A stretch of 64,000 nucleotides of DNA from a virus, in the IMG/VR virus record IMGVR_UViG_3300027709_000056, positions 32,001 through 96,000 of that record, one strand, 5' to 3'. Shown here piece after piece: positions 30,939 to 40,162 of the stretch (position 1 is the stretch's first letter; each line of letters starts with the position of its first letter). A program made the position numbers and the translations under genes. Below the pieces are notes generated by a model. The model was not told where the DNA came from. It worked only from the letters and a program-made list of their open reading frames with translations, and ran no database searches.

Positions 30939-32821
30939 TGAGTTATAAATTAAATAAAACAGACGGAAGTTTATTAGTTGATTTAGTTGACGGGCAGTTA
31001 GATACAACTACAACTGATATTTCTTTAATTGGAAAAAATTATACAGGGTTTGGTGAATCATTAAATGAAAATTTAATTAAAATGCTGGAGAATTTTTCTA
31101 AAGCATCTGCTCCTAGCAATCCTTTAATTGGTCAATTATGGTATGATACAACAACTCAACGAGTAAAAGTATATGACGGTGTTGGCTTTAGAACAAGTGG
31201 TGCACCGGCAGTAGACTCGCAACAACCAGCTACATTAGTTGCTGGCGATCTTTGGATTGATAGTTTAAATAATCAATTACATTTTTATGATGGTACTGAT
31301 TTAGAATTAGCAGGACCACTTTATACTAAAGCTCAAGGTAAAAGTGGATTTGAAGTTTCTACACTTATAGATACATTTAATAATAGTCAAATAGTAATGA
31401 AATATTTTGTTGCTGGTACTATAGTAGGTGTATGGAGTAATACAGAATTTATACCAGCAGTTGGATTTACAATTTCAGGAATAACTGGATCTATTAAAAA
31501 AGGATTCACACCAGTTAGTCTTGATGATTTTAGATGGCGTGGTATTGCCGATGAAGCTAGTGCATTAAGAACCTCAGGTGGCATTGTTAAATCAGCAGAG
31601 AAATTTTTACCTGCAGACGCCGACGCAACTACAACAGGTTCATTAACAGTACAAAATACCGGCGGACTTACAATTGGTCTAGCACAAAATAATATTTTAA
31701 AAGTAGTAGGTACATCTTTTGTTACTGAAAACCAGTTATCAAATCATGATTGGAAAGTTAGAGTTAGAAAGCCAACAGGATTTATTGATGCTCTTGTAGT
31801 TGATACATCAGAAGAGCATTTCGGAATTTTTAAATCAGACCCGCAACACGCACTTCATGTAGGCGGTGATATGAAAGTTGAAGGCGACTTTATAGTAGGT
31901 GGTACTTCACTTTTTGTAGAAACAACAAATTTAAGAGTGCAAGATAAGAATATTGAATTAGCAATAACAAGTGATAGTACTGTACTTGATAATGCTGGAG
32001 TAGATGGCGGAGGTATTATACTTAAAGCCAATCAAGCCAGTTTAAATGTAGATAAAGAATGGGTATGGAAAAATAATGCAGGCGACGCCGATTCACAATC
32101 GTGGACTAGTTCAGAGAATATTGATTTAGCCTCAAATAAACATTATATGATTGATGGGGTGAAGGTATTAGAGCACAATGAATTAGGAGGCCAAGTATTA
32201 AAGTCATCTTTAACAAGTGTTGGAACACTTGCAACACTAAATGTTGATAAATTAAGGTTTTGTGGTGATCCTGCTTCTGGTGGTGCTGGAGCAAATACTA
32301 TTCAATCTATAGATATTGGATTACGAATTAAGAGTGCAGGTGCTATTGAACTTGATACTGCTCAAGAAATTACAGGGGTAGCTGAGCCCACAACTAATTC
32401 ATCAGTTGCAACCAAGTATTATGTAGATGATCAAATAAATCTAGAGCCTGTTATTATGAATTTAGACGTAACTGGGTTAAGTTCTACTGAAATTGCTTCA
32501 ATTATTGAAGATATATATCCAGCTAATAACAAAAGACCAGGGTCGTATGCTTATATAATTACTTCATCATTAACGGGAGCAACTGTAAGCGGAATTAATG
32601 TAGATACACCAGTTTTAACTAAATCACTTATAGCAGTTGATTCAAATGGTGTACAAAATGAGAGTGTATTACAAGATATTGCATTTACGGCGGCAAGCGG
32701 TACTGTAAATATAACGATTCAACGTGGTTTGAAACGGTTTCAAACAGTTGGTTCACCTGGATCACTTGTTTGGCAGTTTGAGAGTAACATTAATTCTACC
32801 CATGTACCGCCATTGTGGTAG
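30938..32821 (+). CDS. Tail fibre / baseplate-anchored fibre paralog
   Basis: N-terminus ...DGQLDTTTTDISLIGKNYTGFGESLNENLIKMLENF...NPLIGQLWYD is paralogous to 28911 and 32859. Confidence 0.65.
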   Translation: MSYKLNKTDGSLLVDLVDGQLDTTTTDISLIGKNYTGFGESLNENLIKMLENFSKASAPSNPLIGQLWYDTTTQRVKVYDGVGFRTSGAPAVDSQQPATLVAGDLWIDSLNNQLHFYDGTDLELAGPLYTKAQGKSGFEVSTLIDTFNNSQIVMKYFVAGTIVGVWSNTEFIPAVGFTISGITGSIKKGFTPVSLDDFRWRGIADEASALRTSGGIVKSAEKFLPADADATTTGSLTVQNTGGLTIGLAQNNILKVVGTSFVTENQLSNHDWKVRVRKPTGFIDALVVDTSEEHFGIFKSDPQHALHVGGDMKVEGDFIVGGTSLFVETTNLRVQDKNIELAITSDSTVLDNAGVDGGGIILKANQASLNVDKEWVWKNNAGDADSQSWTSSENIDLASNKHYMIDGVKVLEHNELGGQVLKSSLTSVGTLATLNVDKLRFCGDPASGGAGANTIQSIDIGLRIKSAGAIELDTAQEITGVAEPTTNSSVATKYYVDDQINLEPVIMNLDVTGLSSTEIASIIEDIYPANNKRPGSYAYIITSSLTGATVSGINVDTPVLTKSLIAVDSNGVQNESVLQDIAFTAASGTVNITIQRGLKRFQTVGSPGSLVWQFESNINSTHVPPLW

Positions 32822-32828
32822 GAAATGA

Positions 32829-32834
32829 TAAATA
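32829..32834 (+). promoter_or_regulatory. Putative late promoter (TAAATA)
   Basis: gaTAAATAtagttaatagggg, 24 nt upstream of ATG 32859. Confidence 0.65.
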
Positions 32835-32858
32835 TAGTTAATAGGGGTTAAAACTAAT

Positions 32859-34364
32859 ATGGCATATACAATAGATAGATATAGTGGTGTAACACTAGTA
32901 GTCGTAGAAGATGGTACAGTTGATCAAACTACTGACATTAAATTAGTAGGTAAAAATTATGCTGGATACGGCGAAATTCAAAATGAAAATTTCTTACACT
33001 TACTAGAGAATTTTAGTGGTGCGGCGCAACCACCAAAAGCCATTTCAGGACAAATTTGGTTTGACGCTACGTCTAGTAAATTAAAATTTTATGATGGTTC
33101 TAAATTTAGAACTACAGGCGGTGCTGAAGTTGCCGCTACTGCTCCAGCAGGACTAGCCACTGGTGATTTATGGTGGGATTCTGCAAATGAGCAATTATAT
33201 GCTTTTAACGGATCAGGTTATATTTTAGTAGGCCCACAAGGTGTTGGTACTACTGTTTCACAAATGGTATCAAAAACTGTTCGTGATACAACTAGTGTAA
33301 ACAGAGTTATTATTGCGGCTACTGTTAATGATGAAGTAATCTTTATTATTAGCTCAGTAGCATTTACAATAGATTCAACTGATCCAACTAACGCTATTAC
33401 AGGATTCGATAGTATTAAGAAGGGTACTACCCTACGTAATACAATAAATGCAACAGGCGGTGTAACTAGTACAACAGATTATTACTGGGGAACTGCAAGT
33501 AACTCATTAAAATTAGAAGGTTATGGTGCTTCAGAATTTGCTCTTGCAGGATCAGGAGCATTTACTTCATTAGCAACGTTCTCCGACGCTGGTATTGCCA
33601 TTGGTGACTCCAATGACATGAAAGTTTACATCGAAAATGATAATGAAGGTGTAATACAAAATCAGGTTGGTACAAAAATTAAATTTAAAGTAGATGATTC
33701 CGGAGGTATTGTTAAAGAACCTCTTACAATAACAGCTGAAGGAATGTATCCACCAACAGATAATACGTTTGAGTTGGGTACAACTTCATTTAAATTTGCA
33801 AATATTCACTCAACTGCATTTACTGGATTAGCTTCACAAGCCGAAACAATGAAAGTTGGTGCTAATTTTAGATCAGCAGATACTGCCGCAACTAATAATA
33901 CTGTAGCAGTTAGAGATGGTAGTGGTAATTTAACTGCAAATTTATTTACAGGTACAGCTACACAGGCACAATATGCTGACTTGGCAGAGAAATATACAAC
34001 TGATACAGAATATGACTTTGGTACAGTGGTTGCAGTTAGCGAAGGTGCATCAAAAGAACTTACAAAATGTGATGTAACAAATGAACAACACACTTTAGGG
34101 TTTGTTGCTCCAGCACCAGTTGGTGTTGTTAGTGAAAGCCCAGCTTATTTAATGAATTCAGATGCAGACGGTCAAAATATTGCACTTAAAGGACGAGTTC
34201 CAGTAAGAGTATTAGGCCCAGTAAACAAAGGTAATGCCGTTTATGCAGGCTTGAATGGAACAGCTACTACGTCAATTGAAAATGGGGCTCTAATAGTAGG
34301 GGTTGCCCTAGAAACAAATACTTCGTCCGCTGAGAAATTAGTAGAATGTATATTAAAGGTATAG
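32859..34364 (+). CDS. Tail fibre paralog with C-terminal peptidase G2 / intramolecular-chaperone-like domain
   Basis: Same N-terminal anchor; C-terminal AQYADLAEKY...GTVV...VGVVS..PAYLMN...IALKGRVPVRV.G.V.KG pattern. Confidence 0.65.
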   Translation: MAYTIDRYSGVTLVVVEDGTVDQTTDIKLVGKNYAGYGEIQNENFLHLLENFSGAAQPPKAISGQIWFDATSSKLKFYDGSKFRTTGGAEVAATAPAGLATGDLWWDSANEQLYAFNGSGYILVGPQGVGTTVSQMVSKTVRDTTSVNRVIIAATVNDEVIFIISSVAFTIDSTDPTNAITGFDSIKKGTTLRNTINATGGVTSTTDYYWGTASNSLKLEGYGASEFALAGSGAFTSLATFSDAGIAIGDSNDMKVYIENDNEGVIQNQVGTKIKFKVDDSGGIVKEPLTITAEGMYPPTDNTFELGTTSFKFANIHSTAFTGLASQAETMKVGANFRSADTAATNNTVAVRDGSGNLTANLFTGTATQAQYADLAEKYTTDTEYDFGTVVAVSEGASKELTKCDVTNEQHTLGFVAPAPVGVVSESPAYLMNSDADGQNIALKGRVPVRVLGPVNKGNAVYAGLNGTATTSIENGALIVGVALETNTSSAEKLVECILKV

Positions 34365-34367
34365 AAA

Positions 34368-35276
34368 ATGGCAGTTGGCGATATAATTACAGCCGCAAGG
34401 TATAATAATCTTCAAAGTAGAGTTGCAACTATTATGGGCGTCGGCTCAGCTGACGATGGCTACGGCCAGACTTTAAATAGTTCGCAAGTAGGAGTTACCG
34501 ACAAAGTAACAGCTACTCATATGGCGTTATTGTTTAATGATATTGTAGCTGGTAGAATCCACCAAACAAATATAACACCTAGCAATATTGCACTTATTTC
34601 AGGTGCAGATCTAATTGAAGATAGTAATACAGTTAATAAAAAGGGTGTTGCCCAATACGAGAACAGAACTGGTGAACTTGAAACTGAAAAAAACAATATT
34701 GATGTAAACCAAGCTAGTGCTGAATCAGGTATTCAAGGCCAATATACTACTCCTTGGAATGGTCAACTTGATCATATTGTTAATGTAACATTTACAGGTT
34801 CAGACCATGCAAGACACTTTTTCAACTCAGGTGGACAAGTCCGCTTAAATGCCAATATTGCTTATGTTGGGACAGAAGAGAAAACTGTTGATTGGATGAA
34901 TATTTTAGCAAATATGGCACAAATTCAGTTTGGGGCTTCTAGTACGTTAGCTACTGGGACAGGATCGGGTGAAGCTTTAAAAGGTTATTTCCAGCTTACT
35001 ACGTCCTACCAAACACTTTTCACTAAACAAGGTACAGGTGATTATACAGAAAACTCTTATGTTGTTGAAGTAAAAGGAAATACTGTACCCTATCCTGATA
35101 TTGTAACATTTAGACTTAATTTTAACGATGATGATCCTACAGATCCAGGTACTCCAACTGATGAAACAGTTAAAGGTACTCTTACAAGCATTGTTAGTCA
35201 ATTCCGTGCAACTGGTGTAAACGTTGAAGTTCCAACGCCTACTTATGCCAATGATGCGGGCAGTAACTTAACCTAA
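34368..35276 (+). CDS. Putative virion structural / fibre protein
   Basis: 302 aa, Gly/Thr/Asn-rich composition like the neighbouring structural proteins; last gene of the fibre cluster. Confidence 0.5.
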   Translation: MAVGDIITAARYNNLQSRVATIMGVGSADDGYGQTLNSSQVGVTDKVTATHMALLFNDIVAGRIHQTNITPSNIALISGADLIEDSNTVNKKGVAQYENRTGELETEKNNIDVNQASAESGIQGQYTTPWNGQLDHIVNVTFTGSDHARHFFNSGGQVRLNANIAYVGTEEKTVDWMNILANMAQIQFGASSTLATGTGSGEALKGYFQLTTSYQTLFTKQGTGDYTENSYVVEVKGNTVPYPDIVTFRLNFNDDDPTDPGTPTDETVKGTLTSIVSQFRATGVNVEVPTPTYANDAGSNLT

Positions 35277-35303
35277 TTTAAACTCTCCAAAACATTTTTA
35301 CTG

Positions 35304-35309
35304 TAAATA
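35304..35309 (+). promoter_or_regulatory. Putative late promoter (TAAATA) for the glycosylation operon
   Basis: gTAAATAtactactagtatAGGAGacagttATG(35333). Confidence 0.65.
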
Positions 35310-35332
35310 TACTACTAGTATAGGAGACAGTT

Positions 35333-35692
35333 ATGGATGAACGGTTAGCCAAAGCATTAGATTTTTCTAATTATATGGTTACGCTTAATAATCAAAAGCG
35401 TATTTTAAAAGAAAAATATTATGAAAGTGCAGTTCATTACTTTAATGGTGGCCAATTTTCAGTAACTAAAGAGCTGATTACGTTTGTTAGTATGCTTATT
35501 AGCAAAGGTAATGATTCTGATGTAGTATTACTTGATGATAATGATACTCCAATTAAAATTCAAGATTTAGTTAAATTCTTTGACGATATATTGGACATAT
35601 ATTTTACAGCTACTAATGAATATCAAACTGAGTATGAAAAAATTAGAACTAAACGAACAGTTGATGGGTTAGTCCAGTATGAGCAGTCATAA
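35333..35692 (+). CDS. Hypothetical protein (119 aa)
   Basis: Strong AGGAG SD; overlaps the next gene; no motif recognised. Confidence 0.7.
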   Translation: MDERLAKALDFSNYMVTLNNQKRILKEKYYESAVHYFNGGQFSVTKELITFVSMLISKGNDSDVVLLDDNDTPIKIQDLVKFFDDILDIYFTATNEYQTEYEKIRTKRTVDGLVQYEQS

Positions 35693-36533
35693 GCAAGGTA
35701 TTTTAATTTTTGCTAGAAACAATGCTCAAATTGATTACATAAAACAAGCTCACTTTTTAGCAAAGCGTGTTAAGGAATATTTAAATCTTCCCACATCTAT
35801 AGTTACGGATAGCATAAAGTATCTACATGAAACCTATACAGATTATAAAACTGTATTTGACCAGATTATTGAGGTACCGTATACTAAAGCTCCCAGTAGC
35901 AAACGCTATTATGATGGTGCGAATGTATATAAACAGTTAGAATTTAGGAACGATTTAAGAACTAGTGCATACGATTTAACACCATATGAAGAAACATTAC
36001 TATTAGATAGTGATTACATTGTAAGTAATAGTTTATTTAAACATTGTTTTACACAAGACCATGATTTTTTAATTTATAAAGATGCATACGATTTATGTGA
36101 TCATAGAGATTTTCCAGAATTTGTTCATATTAGTGATACTAGTGTTGATTTTTACTGGGCAACTTGTGTATTTTTTAGAAAAACAGAAACTAATAAAATA
36201 TTTTTTGACCTAACAAAGCATATACAAGAAAACTGGCAACACTATAATAGTATTTTTCAAATTAATAAACGTACCTTTCGTAACGACTGGGTGTTTAGTA
36301 TTGCAGTACATATAATGAATGGTTATCAACGAGGAGATTTTTCACACTCATTACCTAGTAAATTATACTATACAAGCGGCCTGGATATTTGTTGGGAAAT
36401 AAAAGACGATCAGTTTTTCTTTTTAATACAAAAAGAGAAATTCTTAGGTGAATATACGCCTTTAAAAATTAGAGGTAGTAGTGTTCATGTAATAAACAAG
36501 TTTAGTCTTAATAGGGTAATAGATAATGAGTAA
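35679..36533 (+). CDS. GT-A fold glycosyltransferase (GT8-like)
   Basis: AYDLTPYEETLLLDSDY (DxD motif); paralog of the next ORF. Confidence 0.65.
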   Translation: MSSHKQGILIFARNNAQIDYIKQAHFLAKRVKEYLNLPTSIVTDSIKYLHETYTDYKTVFDQIIEVPYTKAPSSKRYYDGANVYKQLEFRNDLRTSAYDLTPYEETLLLDSDYIVSNSLFKHCFTQDHDFLIYKDAYDLCDHRDFPEFVHISDTSVDFYWATCVFFRKTETNKIFFDLTKHIQENWQHYNSIFQINKRTFRNDWVFSIAVHIMNGYQRGDFSHSLPSKLYYTSGLDICWEIKDDQFFFLIQKEKFLGEYTPLKIRGSSVHVINKFSLNRVIDNE

Positions 36534-37362
36534 AGGGTTTGTATTTTTAGCACAAAATAGTGAAGACGATTATGTTTTACAAGCGTGTTTATTAGCCATG
36601 AGCTTAAAAGCAACTCAGGAAGATTGTAATATTTGTTTAATTACTAATGATGATGTTCCAGCAAAGTATAAAAAGCTATTTGACGTCATTAAAGAAATTC
36701 CATGGAATGATAGTGCAAAAGATAAAGAGTGGAAAGTAGATAATCGTTGGAAACTATATCATGCATCACCGTATGATGAAACAATTGTACTTGATACAGA
36801 TATGTTGGTATTACAAGACTTAACAAACTGGTGGTCATTCTTAAAAAATTATGATTTATTTTTTGTTAACCGTGTTTATACATACAGGGGAGAATTAATA
36901 ACAAGTGATTATTACCGTAAAACATTTACTGCAAATAATCTACCTAACTTATATGCAGGGTTTCATTATTTTAAAAAATCAGAGTTTGCAAAAGAGTTTT
37001 ATACTTGGTTAGAATTAGTAATGAATAATTGGGAACTGTTTTATGGCAAGTATGCTAAAGAATTGTACCAAAAAAGGGTAAGTGTTGATTTAAGTGCGGC
37101 AATAGTTGCTAAAATACTTGACTGTGATAAGAAGATTACAAATAATAAGAGTTTATTTCCTAGTTTCACACATATGAAGACTTATGTACAAGGCTGGGAA
37201 AACAGTAGTAGCAAATGGCAGAATCGTGTAGGTAGTTATTTGACTCCAGACCTAAAATTAAAAGTAGGGAACCATATGCAACAAGGAATTTTTCATTATA
37301 CTGAGAAAGATTTTGTTACACATGACAAAATTAAGAAATATAGGAAGTGGTTAGGCGTATGA
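36526..37362 (+). CDS. GT-A fold glycosyltransferase (GT8-like)
   Basis: KLYHASPYDETIVLDTDML (DxD motif), YAGFHYF. Confidence 0.7.
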   Translation: MSKGFVFLAQNSEDDYVLQACLLAMSLKATQEDCNICLITNDDVPAKYKKLFDVIKEIPWNDSAKDKEWKVDNRWKLYHASPYDETIVLDTDMLVLQDLTNWWSFLKNYDLFFVNRVYTYRGELITSDYYRKTFTANNLPNLYAGFHYFKKSEFAKEFYTWLELVMNNWELFYGKYAKELYQKRVSVDLSAAIVAKILDCDKKITNNKSLFPSFTHMKTYVQGWENSSSKWQNRVGSYLTPDLKLKVGNHMQQGIFHYTEKDFVTHDKIKKYRKWLGV

Positions 37363-38132
37363 AACCTCAAATTACGATAGCAGGATATGGATACGTAGGT
37401 AAAGCAGTTCATAGTGTTTTAACTAACGCAAAAATTGTAGATCCTAAGTATAATAAAGAGTCAATATCATCTTGGTGGAATAAACCAGGTGGAGTAATCA
37501 TATGTGTAGGTACTCCAACGTTTCAAGGTGTTTGTCAAATGAAAAATGTTATTGATGTTGTAAAGCAAGTACCTAATAGAATACCTATTTTAATAAAAAG
37601 CACAATAAGTTTACGTGGGTGGGAAACATTAATAACAATGTTTGGTAATAAGCCTATAACTTTTAGTCCTGAATTTCTTACTGCCGCAAATCCACTTGAA
37701 GATTTTCAGAAGCAAGGTATGATGTATATAGGAGGCGGCCATACAAAGTTTTGGAGAAAGGTGTTTGATCCGTATTTTACTGTAACTGTAGAAAATCCAA
37801 GAGCATTAATAATTGCAAAATTATTTAGAAATGCTTTTTTAGCCACTAAAGTAAATTTCTTTAATCAAATATATGATTATTGTAAGGAACATGAGTTGGA
37901 TTATAATACAGTTAATAGTTTAATTGCTGTTGATAAACGTATAGGACATAGTCATACAGCAGTTCCTGGTGATGATGGTGTGCAAGGGTTTGGCGGGCGT
38001 TGTTTACCGAAAGATGTTGAAGCATTACTTAATACAGATCCAGAAGCTTTAACGATATTAGCAGAAGTTTTAAAATATAATCGCGGAATTAGAAAAGATT
38101 TAAAGTTATTAAGGGAACAAGGTACAATATAA
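37359..38132 (+). CDS. UDP-glucose/GDP-mannose dehydrogenase family protein, lacking the C-terminal domain
   Basis: GYGYVG Rossmann motif, ICVGTP, IKST, SPEFL, AFLATKVNFFNQI, GFGGRCLPKD; ends soon after the central domain. Start adjusted to ATG 37359 (ATGA overlap). Confidence 0.85.
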   Translation: MKPQITIAGYGYVGKAVHSVLTNAKIVDPKYNKESISSWWNKPGGVIICVGTPTFQGVCQMKNVIDVVKQVPNRIPILIKSTISLRGWETLITMFGNKPITFSPEFLTAANPLEDFQKQGMMYIGGGHTKFWRKVFDPYFTVTVENPRALIIAKLFRNAFLATKVNFFNQIYDYCKEHELDYNTVNSLIAVDKRIGHSHTAVPGDDGVQGFGGRCLPKDVEALLNTDPEALTILAEVLKYNRGIRKDLKLLREQGTI

Positions 38133-38692
38133 TGGAACGTTACGCTGTTTTTAATCCTGACACAGGCGAGGTATTATCATTACCTAATTATAAACCAGAA
38201 TCTGGAAGTTATATTGCAGTAGATACCCAAGACATTAAAGGTATTTTATCAGGTCATGAACCTATGTCGTATTATTACGTGCATTTTTCTAAACTTACAA
38301 AAAAGTATGAGTTAAGACTACGATTAAACAATAATATAGATAGCTATAACGTCAATGACTTAATTTATGAAATCCCAAAGCGGAAAAAAGCTAATGCAGA
38401 TGTAACTATAACACAAAATACTAAAGACACTTGTTGGAAGATTAAAGTAGATGGAGATCTTAAAGCTAGTATTTTAGCACAAAAGGTTAGTTCAAATTAT
38501 ATAGTAAGTTTTAGTATTACTAGAGTTAATGATCCTAATATTCTTTATAAAACTCTAGAATTAAATTTTGCTAATTTAGAAAATAACAAATATGTTATTA
38601 TTCCATTTACAGAAGACTTTGAATTCAGGGGTGAGCCTGTTTCAATTTACACAATGAAAAAATTTGACAAATATTCTTTGGAGGTGATTTAA
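38132..38692 (+). CDS. Hypothetical protein (186 aa)
   Basis: Translationally coupled (TAATG); no motif recognised. Confidence 0.65.
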   Translation: MERYAVFNPDTGEVLSLPNYKPESGSYIAVDTQDIKGILSGHEPMSYYYVHFSKLTKKYELRLRLNNNIDSYNVNDLIYEIPKRKKANADVTITQNTKDTCWKIKVDGDLKASILAQKVSSNYIVSFSITRVNDPNILYKTLELNFANLENNKYVIIPFTEDFEFRGEPVSIYTMKKFDKYSLEVI

Positions 38693-38964
38693 TGTTTTAT
38701 TTCTTTTTATTATTATTTTTATTAAATGACGGATTCAGTATGATGAGACATTATAGTCCTTATCTACGTGATCTTAGACAACGTATTATTGACCGAATGA
38801 CACATACAAGATTTATAGTTGTTCATAGTATTATTGATATTAGTTGTGTTATTGGTATGATTTGGGCTTATAATAGCAAGTACAATTTATATGCAATCAT
38901 AGTAGTTGCTATGATTATGATTGTTTGGTACATACCATTAGGATGGCGAAAGTATAAAAAATGA
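38692..38964 (+). CDS. Small membrane protein (90 aa, about 3 hydrophobic segments)
   Basis: GGAGG SD; hydrophobic stretches; basic C-terminus. Confidence 0.6.
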   Translation: MFYFFLLLFLLNDGFSMMRHYSPYLRDLRQRIIDRMTHTRFIVVHSIIDISCVIGMIWAYNSKYNLYAIIVVAMIMIVWYIPLGWRKYKK

Positions 38965-39860
38965 GCAATATTAAAATTGCAGAGCAAGATATTATCTTTT
39001 TAAGTTACGATGAACCTAATGCTGAAAAGAATTATGTTGATCTAGTACAAAAAGTGCCGTGGGCAAAGCGTGTTCATGGAGTAGAAGGTTCAGATGCCGC
39101 TCACAAGGCGTGTGCAGAGTTATCTGAAACTAAACATTTTGTTACTGTAGATGGTGATACAATTATTAATCAAAAGTTTTTAGATGTAGTATTAAACTTA
39201 GATGAATTAGGTGTAGATGATGACTATCAATTTAGTTGGTGCGGTAAAGTTAACATCAATGGACTAATGTATGGTAATGGTAGTTTGAAAATGTGGACTA
39301 AAGACTTTGTTAAGAATATGCGTACACATGAAAACACAGATGGTAACGATGATACTATGATTGAATTTTGTTATTTTGACAATTACTATCAGTTAAATGA
39401 CAATTATAGTGAAAGTATTATTAATTCAACTAAAGCCCAAGCCTTTAGAGCAGGGTTTAGAGAAGGTGTTAAGATGAGTCTTAACAGAGGTGCTAGAGTT
39501 ACTGATTTAGCAAAAGATATTTGGTGGCAAAATTATCATAGATTGTTAATATGGATGAATGTTGGTACAGATGTAGAGAACGGGTTATGGGCAATTTATG
39601 GTGCTAGAGAAGGATGCCATCTTGCACTTACTGATTGGGACGTTTCGCAAACAAGAGATTTTACTATTCTTAACAAAATGTGGGATGAAAAATATAGCAA
39701 AATAAAACACTCAAATGAACTGTATCATAAAATAGGTGAACTTGGTTGGCGTTTAAATGAACTAGGATTACCAATGGATCAAAAACCATTGTCAGCAGAT
39801 CAAAGTAAGTTCTTTAAAACTGTTTACATTAATACAGATAGAGTGATACGTAGAAAATGA
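38961..39860 (+). CDS. GT-A-like glycosyltransferase
   Basis: DIIFLSYDEPNAE...RVHGVEG...AH...VTVDGD; paralog of 47177..47857. Confidence 0.55.
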   Translation: MSNIKIAEQDIIFLSYDEPNAEKNYVDLVQKVPWAKRVHGVEGSDAAHKACAELSETKHFVTVDGDTIINQKFLDVVLNLDELGVDDDYQFSWCGKVNINGLMYGNGSLKMWTKDFVKNMRTHENTDGNDDTMIEFCYFDNYYQLNDNYSESIINSTKAQAFRAGFREGVKMSLNRGARVTDLAKDIWWQNYHRLLIWMNVGTDVENGLWAIYGAREGCHLALTDWDVSQTRDFTILNKMWDEKYSKIKHSNELYHKIGELGWRLNELGLPMDQKPLSADQSKFFKTVYINTDRVIRRK

Positions 39861-40162
39861 AAAATTGTAGATACTATATAGGAACATTTCGTATGAAAGA
39901 TGATGAAAGTTCTGATATATGGCATGATACAATTATGACAGAACAAATGGGTGACATATTAAGTGATGCATTTCTTTATGGCGGGGAAGTAATGGAAGAA
40001 AGAAGTGTGCCTAGCGACTTTGATATGCTTCATTGTCATTTGTATGTAAGATTTAAAGATGAAAGAAAAGCTATATTGTTTATATTAAAATATCCGCAAG
40101 TTAGACGTTCAGAAAAAATTCAAAGAGACGATTATGCTAAAAACTTGAATTGGGTAGGCTAA
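39857..40162 (+). CDS. Hypothetical protein (101 aa)
   Basis: Overlap-coupled to both neighbours. Confidence 0.55.
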   Translation: MKNCRYYIGTFRMKDDESSDIWHDTIMTEQMGDILSDAFLYGGEVMEERSVPSDFDMLHCHLYVRFKDERKAILFILKYPQVRRSEKIQRDDYAKNLNWVG

